A stretch of DNA of 64,000 nt from Macrostomum lignano (GCA_002269645.1 NIVC01001969.1:1-64000); one strand, 5' to 3'; shown: positions 26,220 to 41,100, counted from the first letter of the stretch. Translations and numbers: made by a program. The notes: generated by a model not told the origin, from the letters alone.

Positions 26220-26885
26220 TATTATATATTATTCGTGTTTACTTGTCTCTTGTCCATGCAGTATTCAACATGCTAAAAATATTGTTAATTAATATTAACA
26301 CCGCACCGCACAAACACAACAAAAAGACTAAAATGTTGTCAGTGATGCTATGATTTATTCAATAATTTGTGCATTAATCATAAATATTAGCATCAGCGAA
26401 TGCCTTGATGAAGACAACCTCTGTTTGCTTTCAAAAGAGCTAAAATATATCTGAGAAAATAGTTTGCCAGGTCCCAAGTTGCTTGTCATTATTCAATTCT
26501 TGCAAGTGAAATTCATAGCGGTTGGACTTGATTGTTTAGTAAAAAAACATTCATATTACTATGCATACCTGGTATGATCTGTAGTTGTATATGATATTTG
26601 CAATGATAGCTATGATTCTTGTTCTGTGTAATGTGTTCATATATGCTTTGCTATCTGATTAAAACTGTAACCGTATAAATATAAAAATACTAAATAAATA
26701 TAAGCTATAAAAATCATAATCTGACAACTCTGTCAACAACTGTTGTTTTAATTTGAACAAAAAAATTAAATTTCATTCATTTTCTCGCTTTTAAAATCTT
26801 CAAATGCTCAGTGCAATGTGAAATTAAAGCAAATACAATTGTAGCAGATTAATAGGGCACACTCAGGCACAGCCATAGATGGAGT

Positions 26886-27538
26886 GACACATACAGAGTG
26901 ATACAAACACAGCTAGAGACAGAGTGACACAAACACAGCTAGACAGAGTGACACAAACACAGCTACAGAGTGACACAAACACAGCTACAGAGTGACACAA
27001 ACACAGCTAGAGACAGAGTGACACAAACACAGCTACAGAGTGACACAAACACAGCTAGAGACAGAGTGACACAAACACAGCTAGAGACAGAGTGACACAA
27101 ACACAGCTAGAGACAGAGTGACACAAACACAGCTAGAGACAGAGTGACACAAGCACAGCTAGAGACAGAGTGACACAAACACAGCTAGAGACAGAGTGAC
27201 ACAAACACAGCTAGAGATAGAGTGACACAAACACAGCTAGGGACAGAGTGACACAAACACAACTAGAGACAGGGTGACACAAACACAACTAGAGATAGAG
27301 TGACACAAACACAGCTAGGGACAGAGTGACACAAACACAGCTAGAGACAGAGTGACACAAACATAGCTAGAGACAGAGTGACACAAACACAACTAGAGAC
27401 AGGGTGACACAAACACAGCTAGACAGAGTGACACAAACACAGCTAGAGACAGAGTGACACAAACACAGCTAGAGACAGAGTGACACAAATACAGCTAGAC
27501 AGAGTGACACAAACACAGCTAGAGACAGAGTGACACAA
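26886..27538 (+). repeat. 26-bp minisatellite (GAGACAGAGTGACACAAACACAGCTA)n
   Basis: About 25 units with 22-24-bp variants. Confidence 0.96.
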
Positions 27539-28729
27539 CATAAAGAATAAACTTTCAGAGTAATAAGTAAGCATCGCATCAGCGCCACTAGAGAGAATAG
27601 TTTCACAGCTCAAAGCTAGTAATCTCTATTCTACATTGCAATTATGACCGTCCACTTCGAGTACCGCTGCACCAAAAGATTTTATGGTTAAGCAAATAAG
27701 CATTTTGTGCATTTCACTCATTTCAAATGCCTCTGCGGAGGTGAGGTGGTTGCTTGGTCAAGAAAGCTCAAAAGCGGCGCATCATTGAAGCCCCATCAGG
27801 CAACACAAGCCTTAATTAGCTAGTTAAGTGGCAATAATGTTGGGGCCCACGTGGACGACAATTACAAAAAAGTGACTGCAGAGGTTTGCTGCGGCATTGT
27901 GCACCTACCGCGCCATTTCCTATTTATGCCAGTGTGCCAAACAATTTTTCTAAGAGACCTTCCATGGACCTCCGATGTAGACCTGGACTGGGAGCCAGGC
28001 GGGCAAGAAAGCAGTGGGTGATGACGATTAAAAAGTCATGAGGAGTCAGGAGTCACATTTGCTTGCAGATTGCTGAATTTTAATTTTAAGATTTAATTTT
28101 ACACTTTGATACGCATTTCGAACTTCAATATTAAACTAAGCAAAATGATCAAAGTTACCAGATGGATATTGGCTGATTTTCAGTTGCCTCTGAGGGTCAA
28201 GGCAGGTCACCTGACCTCCATCTTACCAAGGTTGCTCAAAACTGAGCTCAGATTTTTTAACGCGGAAGGTGTTTCAGGTCCAGTCTACTCAAAGAGTCCT
28301 TGGCGCTTTGAAAATGGAGTGTCAAAAAGCAGACAGAGAGTTTTGTACATAAATACAATAGAAGTGGACGAGAGGTGTTTTATTGCAGACACTGTTAAGT
28401 CTAGACTCAGGCAGCCTCGGACTGCTCAGGATTAAACAATGAAATGTGGCTTTGTAATAATTCTATCGTTTTCATATCTTCTTTTTCAAATAAAAGTTAC
28501 CAGCTAAAGAGAATAGAAAAAAAGCTGCCTGAGAAAGCAGAAAATTTATTAGCAACAAGTCCCAGCAACTTGAGTCAGCAACTTTAGTTTTGTAGCACTA
28601 ATGTAATTTGAGATAATGGGGGCCGGCCGGGCTCAAGCTTTGGCAAAGTTTACTTTGCTAAGAGCAGCAAACAGAGTGACAATTTGAGTGAAAATACGAG
28701 TGAAAAGTATGGTAATGTGACAAGGAGAA

Positions 28730-29375
28730 TAAAGAATGGCAAGGAGAGTGACAAGAAGAGTGACAAGAAGAGTGACAAGGAGAGTTGAAAGAAGAATGAC
28801 AAGGAAAGTGACAAGAAGAGTGGCAAGGAGAGTGACAAGGAGAGTGACAAGGAGATTGACAAGGAGAGTGACAATGAGAATGCCAAGGAGAGTGACAAGG
28901 AGAGTGACAAGGAGAGTGACAAAGAGAGTGACAAGGAGAGTGACAAGGAGAATGACAAGGAGAGTGACAATGAGACTGACAAGGAGAGTGACAAGCTGAG
29001 AGTGCCAAGGAGAGTGACAAGGAGAGTGACAAGGAGAGTGACAAAGAGAGTGACAAGGAGAGTGACAAGGAGAATGACAAGGAGAGTGACAATGAGACTG
29101 ACAAGGAGAGTGACAAGCTGAGAGTGCCAAGGAGAGTGACAAGGATAGTGACAAGGAGAGTGACAAGGAGAATGACAAGGAGAGTGACAATGAGACTGAC
29201 AAGGAGAGTGACAAGCTGAGAGTGCCAAGGAGAGTGACAAGGAGAGTTACAAGGAGAGTGACAAGAAGAGTGACAAGGAGACTGACAGGGAGAGTGGCAA
29301 GTAGAGTGACAAGGAGAGTGACAAGGAGAGTGGCAAGGAGAGTGACAAGGAGAGTGACAATGAGAGTGACAAGGA
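28730..29375 (+). repeat. 12-bp minisatellite (GACAAGGAGAGT)n with ~100-120-bp higher-order blocks
   Basis: The marker GACAATGAGACTGACAAGGAGAGTGACAAGCTGAGAGTGCC occurs three times. Confidence 0.95.
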
Positions 29376-30229
29376 AAGCGGCGGCAGACGGAGAGTGAAG
29401 ATACAGAGACGGATGCACGGCACACGGAGTGACAGGACAACTGTATTTGACCATTATATCAGCAGCTCAGCATTGTATCAGTGTCCGCTCCTGTCGCAGC
29501 AGGGGGGAGAAGAGAGGTGCAGCAGACGAGGGCGGGGCGATGTGATGAAGCAGCTCGGCGGGGAGGCTGAGCCGCGCCACGCGCAGTCTCCAGCTTTCGC
29601 ATAACGAAGTTTCAACACTGCCGAACTGCATGCAGTCCCGGAATTCCCCCCCCCCCAGTTCAATTCTCTGCATTGAAATTGAAAATCCCATGAGAGAAGG
29701 AGGGAGAGGAGGCTGCGCAGACTCCCTGGGATCATTGGCAGTTGCATCATCGCCAACATCGAGGCTGCATTGCCTATCCAGAGGGGAGGCAATTAGGAGA
29801 CTCCAGCGCCTACCATCTCTGCTCTCTGCTCTGTCAGCGACCCACCCCTTCCAGCTGGTCACAGACTTGGCCAAGGGACTCTCAGTCAGTCAGCCTTCCT
29901 AAGTTTTCTTCGGTGACGCAACAAACAATGCTTTGCGTTTTGTTTTGCGCGCAAATCTGTATTCGTCCGCTCGCGGTAGTCCAACACGAGTCTTGGCTGT
30001 CTGCAGCTTGGGGTCAAATTACTGACCAAGTTGTAGGGACAGTCGCGTAAGCATGAAAGTTATCCCAAGCTTTGAAACCATTGCGACCTTTCTCGTGTCC
30101 AGCTGGTGGTGGGTGATATTGGTGAATTTTTGATACAAACTTGACACCACATGCAGCTCCTGGATGCAGCTGGTGCAAAATAAGAGCGTATTCAATCGAT
30201 TGGCTTGCAATTCTGCCTGCTTTAACCTT

Positions 30230-30983
30230 AACCTAATCCGCTGTAGCCTCTGCGTCAGGAAACTTGAACGATTTCTTATTTTACCTTTTTTGGGATCGGC
30301 AAGTCAGAAGAGGATTTGAATTTCGACTAATTCCTCCCGTTGGCGAGCCTTGCCTTAGCTTATTGAGACACTCGTCACTCTCTTAACTCGCTCTTCGCCC
30401 TCTGTCACTTTCTTTCTAATCACTATTTTCACTCCCTTGTCACTCTCACTCTCTCGTCACTCACGTCACTCACACCATCATTCACTTCATCACTCACTTT
30501 ATCACTCACTTCACTCTCTCGTCACTCTCTTGTCACTCATATCAAGCTCTTTTAGCTCTGTTGTTTCCAATCTCGATTTTGATGTCTACAACTCGATACT
30601 TATCTCACTTATCTTATCGAGTTGTAGACATCAAAATCGAGATTGGAAACAACAGAGCTAAAAGAGCTTGATATGAGTGACAAGAGAGTGACGAGAGAGT
30701 GAAGAGAGTGATAAAGTGAGTGATGAAGTGAATGATGGTGTGAGTGACGTGAGTGACGAGAGAGTGAGAGTGACAAGGGAGTGAAAATAGTGATTAGAAA
30801 GAAAGTGACAGAGGGCGAAGAGCGAGTTAAGAGAGTGACGAGTGTCTCAATAAGCTAAGGCAAGGCTCGCCAACGGGAGGAATTAGTCGAAATTCAAATC
30901 CTCTTCTGACTTGCCGATCCCAAAAAAGGTAAAATAAGAAATCGTTCAAGTTTCCTGACGCAGAGGCTACAGCGGATTAGGTT
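30230..30983. repeat. 754-bp palindrome: 369-bp inverted arms with a 16-nt spacer
   Basis: Arms 30230-30598 and 30615-30983 checked base by base: one mismatch (30508/30705), no indels. Confidence 0.98.
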
Positions 30984-31419
30984 GGGGATCAATTAATCAC
31001 AATGCAGACAGGGATGATTTGACGCAAGACTGCTCAGCTGAGCACACAGCAACAGACTTAGCTGCGGTCCCTGCGGGGGGTCTCGCCTCCTCCCACTGTC
31101 ACAGGAACTGCAGGAAAGTAAATGAGGCAGGCAACTCCTGCAAACTCTGACAGAAACTCAGACTCTCAATCAGAGTGACAGTGCTGACTGAGCACATCTG
31201 TCCGGAGCTGTGACAGCTTGCGAGATGTTCAACTGCACCAAAGTTTTTGAAGCAAATCTGTCTGTCTGTTTCGGGTCGCCGGTTCACGACTGAGACCAGC
31301 TGAGATCTCGATTGGGGATTTTTCGGGGGGAATATAGGATTGGGGAAATTCGAATGGGAATGTTGGGATTAAAATTTGGGGAAATTTCACAGAGACAGAG
31401 AAATGGTAGAGTGGAGAGA

Positions 31420-32625
31420 GAGAGGGAATGCCAAAATGAGAAAGAGAATGGCAGAGTGAGAGAGGGAATGGCAGAGTGAGAGAGAGAAAGGCAGAGTGAG
31501 AGAGGGAATGGCAGTGAGAGAGAGGGAATGGAAAAGTGAGAGAGGGAATGGCAGAGTGAGAGAGGGAATGGCAGTGAGAGAGAGGGAATGGAAGAGTGAG
31601 AGAGGGAATGGCAGAGTGAGAGAGGGAACGGCAGAGTGAGAGAGGGAATGGCAGAGTGAGAGAGGGAATGGCAGAGTGAGAGAGGGAATGGCAGAGTGAG
31701 AGAGGGAATGGCAGAGTGAGAGAGGGAATGGCAGAGTGAGAGAGGGAATGGCAGAGTGAGAGAGGGAATGGCAGAGTGAGAGAGGGAATGGCAGAGTGAG
31801 AGAGGGAACGGCAGAGTGAGAGAGGGGATGGCAGAGTGAGAGAGGGAATGGCAGAGTGAGAGAGGGGATGGCAGAGTGAGAGAGGGAATGGCAGAGTGAG
31901 AGAGGGGATGGCAGAGTGAGAGAGGGAACGGCAGAGTGAGAGAGGGGATGGCAGAGTGAGAGAGGGGATGGCAGAGTGAGAGAGGGGATGGCAGAGTGAG
32001 AGAGGGGATGGCAGAGTGAGAGAGGGAATGGCAGAGTGAGAGAGGGGATGGCAGAGTGAGAGAGGGAATGGCAGAGTGAGAGAGGGGATGGCAGATTGAG
32101 AGAATGAATGGCAGATTGAGAGAATGAATGGCAGATTGAGAGAATGAATGGCAGATTGAGAGAATGAATGGCAGATTGAGAGAGGGAATGGCAGAGTGGA
32201 AGAGAGGGGGAGGGAATGGCAGAGTGAGAGAGGGAATGGCAGAGTGGAAGAGAGGGGGAGGGAATGGCAGAGTGAGAGAGGGAATGGCAGAGTGGAAGAG
32301 AGGGGGAGGGAATGGCAGAGTGAGAGAGGGAATGGCAGAGTGAGAGAGGGGATGGCAGAGTGAGAGAGGGAATGGCAGAGTGAGAGAGGGGATGGCAGAT
32401 TGAGAGAATGAATGGCAGATTGAGAGAATGAATGGCAGATTGAGAGAATGAATGGCAGATTGAGAGAATGAATGGCAGATTGAGAGAGGGAATGGCAGAG
32501 TGGAAGAGAGGGGGAGGGAATGGCAGAGTGAGAGAGGGAATGGCAGAGTGGAAGAGAGGGGGAGGGAATGGCAGAGTGAGAGAGGGAATGGCAGTGAGAG
32601 AGCGAAGGAATGTCAGAGTGGAAGA
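31420..32625 (+). repeat. 20-bp minisatellite (GAGAGGGAATGGCAGAGTGA)n
   Basis: About 58 units in variant blocks. Confidence 0.96.
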
Positions 32626-33587
32626 GAACAAGAATTCAACATAGAAGAATATTATCGCCAGGCGCTAAATTCACCCAGTCAATCATTGACACAAAGATCT
32701 ATCAAGGCTTCTGAGAAGGCCATAAATTTTCATAACGCCTTATAAAAGCAGTTTTTTTCTGATTTGACTTTCCCAGCCAGACCAAGCCGAAAAAAAAACA
32801 AACAATCAAACAAAAGAACAAAAACTGTTTCCAATTTTTCGTCAGACAGACAGTCAGTCAGGCTATGGGTCTCATAAGGCTGGCACTCAGCACCACACGG
32901 TCCAACCAATCAATCAAAATACTTTGAGCAGCATGCAGTTCTGCATGCCCGGCAGATCAATGAAAATCAATCTCAACTCAGTGCTTGTAGAAGATGGCCG
33001 CCCGCCCTTCTCCGACTGCTAGCTTCTCAATAATATCCCAAACTAATTATATCCCCAGAGCTGGGGAGAACTTCCCTTCAATATCGCCATGAGTTGAGAG
33101 AGATCTTCTATTCTCAGCTTTATCTCAATCTCCATAGTGCTCAGCACCAACGCCCCAACTCTCAGACAGTGTGAATCGTAATCAGGTGCCTTGCGACTCT
33201 CCAGTCTCCTGCTCTCATTATCATGCTCAGCGCCTCAGGGTTTGAGTCTGGTCCGAGGACCGATCAAAACCAGCCCTGAGGCTGATGGGGGGCTGCTGCT
33301 GATACTTGAGAGACACTTAACTTCTCATTATCACCGTGTGACGCGTTCAAGCAATGCGCAGTTGGTGTCTTACCAGACAGGCTCGAACGGACCTCTGAGA
33401 CTTTGAGACAGCAATCGCAGATCTTTGTTCTCAGCTGGATCTGTGTTGGGCCGAGTTACCTAATTGGCAGTCAGGCCTTGAAGCTGGAAGTGAAGCTAAT
33501 TGACGCTTACCTTTCGATTTCCAAGAAATTGCTGGCTTTTGATAACAGTGATTTGGGAAGTTCGGTTATGGGGAGCTGAACTTGGTG

Positions 33588-34042
33588 TGCAAATGGCGCC
33601 AGAGAAAGTGTGCAAATGGCGCCAAAAATTGTGCAAATGGCACCAGAGAAAGTGTGCAAGTGGCGCCGGATTGGGAAGTGTGCAAGTGGCGCCAGAGAAA
33701 GTGTGCAAATGGCGCCAGAGAAAGTGTGCAAGTGGCGCCGGATTGGGAAGTGTGCAAGTGGCGCCAGAGAAAGTGTGCAAATGGCGCCAGATTAAGAAGT
33801 GTGCAAATGGCGCCGGATTGGAAAGTGTGCAAGTGGCGCCAGAGAAAGTGTGCAAATGGCGCCAGATTAAGAAGTGTGCAAATGGCGCCGGATTGGAAAG
33901 TGTGCAAGTGGCGCCAGAGAAAGTGTGCAAATGGCGCCAGATTAAGAAGTGTGCAAATGGCGCCGGATTGGAAAGTGTGCAAGTGGCGCCAGAGAAAGTG
34001 TGCAAATGGCGCCAGATTGGGAAGTGTGCAAATGGCGCCAGA
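33588..34042 (+). repeat. 23/26-bp satellite (AAGTGTGCAAATGGCGCCAG..)n with a 75-bp higher-order unit
   Basis: The 25-aa period of the ORF track equals 75 nt (23+26+26). Confidence 0.95.
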
Positions 34043-34752
34043 GATAAAGCAAGTACTGCTGCAACACTGAAGTCACCTGAAGTCGCCATTTTCAAGCTTA
34101 GGCCGGACCTTCTGCAAGGTCCATGCCTCAGTCCCAGTTGCGACTCCTGACTCACTCACAAGCCAGTCTGGTGTGGGGCAGACATTTCTGGGAAACATCG
34201 GGCTGCTCTGCTGCTCACCCATAGTCGGCGACAGAAATTCTAGAAGAGCCAGAGAAGCCAGAGAGACATGCAGGCAGGGACTGGGATGGGAGACTTATAA
34301 TAGAATTATAAGACCCAGAAATTCGATTTAATCTGGCCAGCAAAAAAAAGTGAAGTCGACCGGCAGTCGGTTGGAGGCAGGCCGCCCCGACAGCAAAAAA
34401 AGTGAATTTTTTTAAGCTGGACCAACTCAGGGAGGCCAAAATGCCGACTTTGTGGGATGTCCGGCCGCTTCATCTGCAACCTTGGCTGGGGGCTCTGCAG
34501 GGGACAAAAATAAGCATTTAATTTGTTTAGCTTTTTGCTTTTTGGTTTTTTTGCTTTTTAATAATTTTTTTCATTGATGAAATGGAGTTTTGATTGCGCA
34601 ACATATTAGTAGGTCGAGATCAATACTGTGCTCTCCTCTCTCACTGTCTCCCCCTCTCCCTCTTTAGACGCAAATTTTTGGCCTGACGAAGAGCCCAGAG
34701 GCTTGAAACTGGGTGCCATTTCCTAAATACTAAAGAATTAATACGTGTGACC

Positions 34753-35245
<493 letters not shown>

Positions 35246-35774
35246 CCTCATCCACACGAATCTACATCAGCCGTAGTCCATGTGTCTCAGTCAGCTCCAA
35301 ACCCATTGAGAAAGCAGTCAGACCCCAGAGACAAGCTGGACTCAGACTCAGCTCAGTTTCCAATGCACTCAGTTCTGACATGACAATGCTTTTAATTCTG
35401 GATTTCATATTATCATCACAGTTTATCAATTATTCACCAGGAGAATGTCGAGGCATTAAGTCTGCTCAAACTCGAGTCCCACTGCTCAAGCTTGGAGACC
35501 GAATTTCAAAGGCCAGTCAATCAATCAAAGTCAAAAGCGCTTTCAGAGCAGCATATGGGCGACTTGTCAAATGCATTGTGCTGAAATTGACTACTAGAGT
35601 AAAACTTTCTTAACTCGCTACTTAAATGAGTAGAGCATATTGGTTTTTGATAATTGACCACGATTTCTACGGCACTCAACAAATAAATTATGAACAGAAA
35701 TTTCTAGAATATTTTTCTCGATAGTTTTTTTCAGTTAGTTAGGAAACGTATTGTGGCTTTTAAAAGTGCAGAGA

Positions 35775-36138
35775 AAGTAGCTGAAGGATAGCTGAAGGTC
35801 TAAATGAATGGCTGAAGGGTGACTGAAGGTCTAAATGAATGGCTGAAGAGTGACTGAAGGTCTAAATGAATGGCTGAAGGGTGACTGAAGGTCTAAATGA
35901 ATGGCTGAAGGATAGCTGAAGGTCTAAATGAATGGCTGAAGGGTGACTGAAGGTCTAAATGAATGGCTGAAGGGTGACTGAAGGTCTAAATGAATGGCTG
36001 AAGGATAGCTGAAGGTCTAAATGAATGGCTGAAGGGTGACTGAAGGTCTAAATGAATGGCTGAAGGGCGACTGAAGGTCTAAATGAATGGCTGAAGGGCG
36101 ACTGAAGGTCTAAATGAATGGCTGAAGGATGACTGAAG
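35775..36138 (+). repeat. 31-bp minisatellite (GACTGAAGGTCTAAATGAATGGCTGAAGGGT)n
   Basis: About 11 units. Confidence 0.96.
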
Positions 36139-36643
36139 GCTTTGCGGCTGACAAATATCTGAAAAATACTTGGCCAGCGACCGGCACGCGATACAGTGCA
36201 ATTGTACTTAAAAGCCGAAGTTCATATTTGGTCGGTCAGAGGCGAGGCCTGCGCCATAGTTGGCTGGCGGCGTGGCGGGGTGTTGTGGCAACAGAGCGGA
36301 GTTGTTTTGTAAAGAGATAGTTGGTGGACGGTAAAGAGAGAGAGAAAGAGAGAGAAAGAGAGAGGGGGCAGAGAGGGCAGCTGAGTACTTACTGCACAAT
36401 CATATTATAGCTGAAAAATTTTACCCAACAATTAAGGGGAAAGCAGTTACTATTAGTAGGATGAGGGCTTAGGTATTGTTAGCGAAGTGAACTGGTGGGC
36501 GGATTTCTGCTACTTATAGTAATATTGGATCAGTAGCTAATGGATATTGTCCTTAGTTAGCATGGACTTTCAAAATATGATTATTGAAACTTGCTCCCGT
36601 CAGTGTGGCGTAAACTATCAAGATACGAAACTTACTTTTTAGG

Positions 36644-37301
36644 AGTAAGACAGGGAGTGATGCAGGGAGTGATGCAGGGAGTGAGACAGGGAGTGATGCA
36701 GAGAGTGATGCAGGGAGTGAGACAGGGAGTGATGCAGAGAGTGATGCAGGGAGTGATGCAGGGAGTGATGCAGGGAGTGATGCAGGGAGTGATGCAGGGA
36801 GTGAGACAGGGAGTGAGACAGGGAGTGAGACAGGGAGTGATGCAGGGGGTGAGACAGGGAGTGATGCAGGGAGTGATGCAGATAGTGATGCAGGGAGTGA
36901 TGCAGGGAGTGATGCCGGGAGTGATGCAGGGAGTGATGCAGGGAGTGATGCAGGGAGTGATGCAGGGAGTGATGCAGGAGTGATGCAGGGAGTGATTCAG
37001 GGAGTGATGCAGGGAGTAATGCAGGGAGTGATGCAGGGAGTGAGACAGGGAGTGAGACAGGGAGTGAGACAGGGAGTGATGCAGGGGGTGAGACAGGGAG
37101 TGATGAAGAGAGTGATGCAGGGAGTGATGCAGAGAGTGAGACAGGGAGTGATGCAGGGAGTGAGACAGGGAGTGATGCAGGGAGTGATGCAGAGAGTGAT
37201 GCAGGGAGTGATGCAGTGAGTGAGACAGGGAGTGAGACAGGGAGTGATGCAGGGAGTGATGCAGGGAGTAAGGCAGAGAGTGAGACAGGGAGTGATGCAG
37301 G
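36644..37301 (+). repeat. 12-bp minisatellite (GGGAGTGATGCA / GGGAGTGAGACA)n
   Basis: Direct reading. Confidence 0.96.
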
Positions 37302-38164
37302 TCCCTGAGGCAGCCGCATTGATTAGAGCACAGTGAGCACTCCGCCCCCAGAGCAGCAGCCAGCAAGAACAGGCCAATCTTCCCAAATCCAGTTCCCAAA
37401 CTCCCAGAAAATGAGGCTCTCTTTCTCCTTCCTTCTTTCCCGCATCAATCGCTGGGGGGGGGGCATGTTTCTGTAATCCCCTGTCCCCCAGCCCCCAGAT
37501 CCCTTTTTCGGCTCCACATCCGAAGTGCCTATAATATCTCTGATCATCTCGGAGCAGAGTTTGAGTGCTTAAACCAGCTCAGGGTTCGGTTTGGGATCTA
37601 AACAGGCTCCCAATTCCCTTGCACTCCCTTCCCCCCCTTTCCCCAGCGCTGTGCATGAATGAGTTGACGCGGACAGAAACACTTCACGCACTCGTGACCA
37701 AATGATTAGCTACAGGGGGAAGCCGGCGGCCTTCGCCGCAGTCTCCATCCTCCCAGCCATCAAACTCCCCCCCCCTTAGCCAGGAAAGGGGAGTTGGAGG
37801 GTCAGGGAAAACGAGGAGCATTCTAGTAAATATCGCGTATCCCTTGTCTGGCTCTCCCTGTGCGCAAGTTTATCCTCTCCCCCCATTTACCCGTCTGCTC
37901 CCAACCTCCCCTTCTTCTTCGCGTCTCTAAGAGAGGGCAAGAGAATTGCTAGGGAAGGGACGAAAATCTGGAGAAATCCTTGTAGAATGTACACGGCCGC
38001 AAATATTCAAGCATAGTGCAGGAGATTTCTATTATGAAGGCGGCAATTAGCCATGGCCCATGGCGGTGGGGCCCCCCCAACCAGTCGTATCGATTCGCTA
38101 ACTGGAAGAGAAGATGCTCTCGCCAATTTTGTAGGAGTTGCACCGTTATGACTCTGCCAGAAAA

Positions 38165-41100
38165 GGCCGCCAAAATTGTATTGAATAAGGCGCCAAAATT
38201 GCATTGAATAAGGCGCCAAAATTGCATTGAATAAGGCGCCAAAATTGCATTGAGTAAATCGCCAAAATTGCATTGAATAAGGCGCCAAAATTGCATTGAG
38301 CAAATCGCCAAAATTGCATTGAACAAGGCGCCAAAATTGCATTGAGTAAATCGCCAAAATTGCATTGAGCAAATCGCCAAAATTGCATTGAACAAGGCGC
38401 CAAAATTGCATTGAATAAGGCGCCAAAATTGCATTGAGCAAATCGCCAAAATTGCATTGAACAAGGCGCCAAAATTGCATTGAATAAGGCGCCAAAATTG
38501 CATTGAGCAAAGCGCCAAAATTGCATTGAATAAGGTGCCAAAATTGCATTGAGCAAATCGCCAAAATTGCATTGAACAAGGCGCCAAAATTTCATTGAGT
38601 AAATCGCCAAAGTTGCATTGAATAAGGCGCCAAAATTGCATTGAATAAGGTGCCAAATTTGCATTGAATAAGGCGCCAAAATTGCATTGAGCAAAGCGCC
38701 AAAATTGCATTGAATAAGGCGCCAAAATTGCATTGAATAAGGCGCCAAAATTGCATTGAATAAGGCGCCAAAATTGCATTGAGTAAATCGCCAAAGTTGC
38801 ATTGAATAAGGCGCCAAAATTGCATTGAGCAAATCGCCAAAATTGCATTGAACAAGGCGCCAAAATTGCATTGAATAAGGTGCCAAATTTGCATTGAATA
38901 AGGCGCCAAAATTGCATTGAGCAAAGCGCCAAAATTGCATTGAATAAGGCGCCAAAATTGCATTGAGTAAATCGCCAAAATTGCATTGAATAAGGCGCCA
39001 AAATTGCATTGAGCAAATCGCCAAAATTGCATTGAACAAGGCGCCAAAATTGCATTGAATAAGGTGCCAAATTTGCATTGAATAAGGCGCCAAAATTGCA
39101 TTGAGCAAAGCGCCAAAATTGCATTGAATAAGGCGCCAAAATTGCATTGAGCAAAGCGCCAAAATTGCATTGAATAAGGCGCCAAAATTGCATTGAATAA
39201 GGCGCCAAAATTGCATTGAATAAGGCGCCAAAATTGCATTGAGTAAATCGCCAAAATTGCATTGAATAAGGCGCCAAAATTGCATTGAGCAAATCGCCAA
39301 AATTGCATTGAACAAGGCGCCAAAATTGCATTGAATAAGGCGCCAAAATTGCATTGAGCAAAGCGCCAAAATTGCATTGAACAAGGCGCCAAAATTTCAT
39401 TGAATAAGGCGCTAAAATTGCATTGAATAAGGTGCCAAATTTGCATTGAATAAGGCGCCAAAATTGCATTGAGCAAAGCGCCAAAATTGCATTGAATAAG
39501 GCGCCAAAATTGCATTGAGCAAAGCGCCAAAATTGCATTGAATAAGGCGCCAAAATTGCATTGAATAAGGCGCCAAAATTGCATTGAATAAGGCGCCAAA
39601 ATTGCATTGAGTAAATCGCCAAAATTGCATTGAATAAGGCGCCAAAATTGCATTGAGCAAATCGCCAAAATTGCATTGAACAAGGCGCCAAAATTGCATT
39701 GAATAAGGCGCCAAAATTGCATTGAGCAAAGCGCCAAAATTGCATTGAATAAGGCGCCAAAATTGCATTGAGCAAATCGCCAAAATTGCATTGAATAAGG
39801 CGCCAAAATTGCATTGAGCAAATCGCCAAAATTGCATTGAACAAGGCGCCAAAATTGCATTGAGTAAATCGCCAAAATTGCATTGAATAAGGCGCCAAAA
39901 TTGCATTGAGCAAATCGCCAAAATTGCATTGAACAAGGCGCCAAAATTGCATTGAGTAAATCGCCAAAATTGCATTGAGCAAATCGCCAAAATTGCATTG
40001 AACAAGGCGCCAAAATTGCATTGAATAAGGCGCCAAAATTGCATTGAGCAAATCGCCAAAATTGCATTGAACAAGGCGCCAAAATTGCATTGAATAAGGC
40101 GCCAAAATTGCATTGAGCAAAGCGCCAAAATTGCATTGAATAAGGTGCCAAAATTGCATTGAGCAAATCGCCAAAATTGCATTGAACAAGGCGCCAAAAT
40201 TTCATTGAGTAAATCGCCAAAGTTGCATTGAATAAGGCGCCAAAATTGCATTGAATAAGGTGCCAAATTTGCATTGAATAAGGCGCCAAAATTGCATTGA
40301 GCAAAGCGCCAAAATTGCATTGAATAAGGCGCCAAAATTGCATTGAATAAGGCGCCAAAATTGCATTGAATAAGGCGCCAAAATTGCATTGAGTAAATCG
40401 CCAAAGTTGCATTGAATAAGGCGCCAAAATTGCATTGAGCAAATCGCCAAAATTGCATTGAACAAGGCGCCAAAATTGCATTGAATAAGGTGCCAAATTT
40501 GCATTGAATAAGGCGCCAAAATTGCATTGAGCAAAGCGCCAAAATTGCATTGAATAAGGCGCCAAAATTGCATTGAGTAAATCGCCAAAATTGCATTGAA
40601 TAAGGCGCCAAAATTGCATTGAGCAAATCGCCAAAATTGCATTGAACAAGGCGCCAAAATTGCATTGAATAAGGTGCCAAATTTGCATTGAATAAGGCGC
40701 CAAAATTGCATTGAGCAAAGCGCCAAAATTGCATTGAATAAGGCGCCAAAATTGCATTGAGCAAAGCGCCAAAATTGCATTGAATAAGGCGCCAAAATTG
40801 CATTGAATAAGGCGCCAAAATTGCATTGAATAAGGCGCCAAAATTGCATTGAGTAAATCGCCAAAATTGCATTGAATAAGGCGCCAAAATTGCATTGAGC
40901 AAATCGCCAAAATTGCATTGAACAAGGCGCCAAAATTGCATTGAATAAGGCGCCAAAATTGCATTGAGCAAAGCGCCAAAATTGCATTGAACAAGGCGCC
41001 AAAATTTCATTGAATAAGGCGCTAAAATTGCATTGAATAAGGTGCCAAATTTGCATTGAATAAGGCGCCAAAATTGCATTGAGCAAAGCGCCAAAATTGC

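Noticed and set aside
30230-30983. The palindrome as a MITE with long TIRs
   Set aside because: No target-site duplication at the outer ends and essentially no internal sequence.
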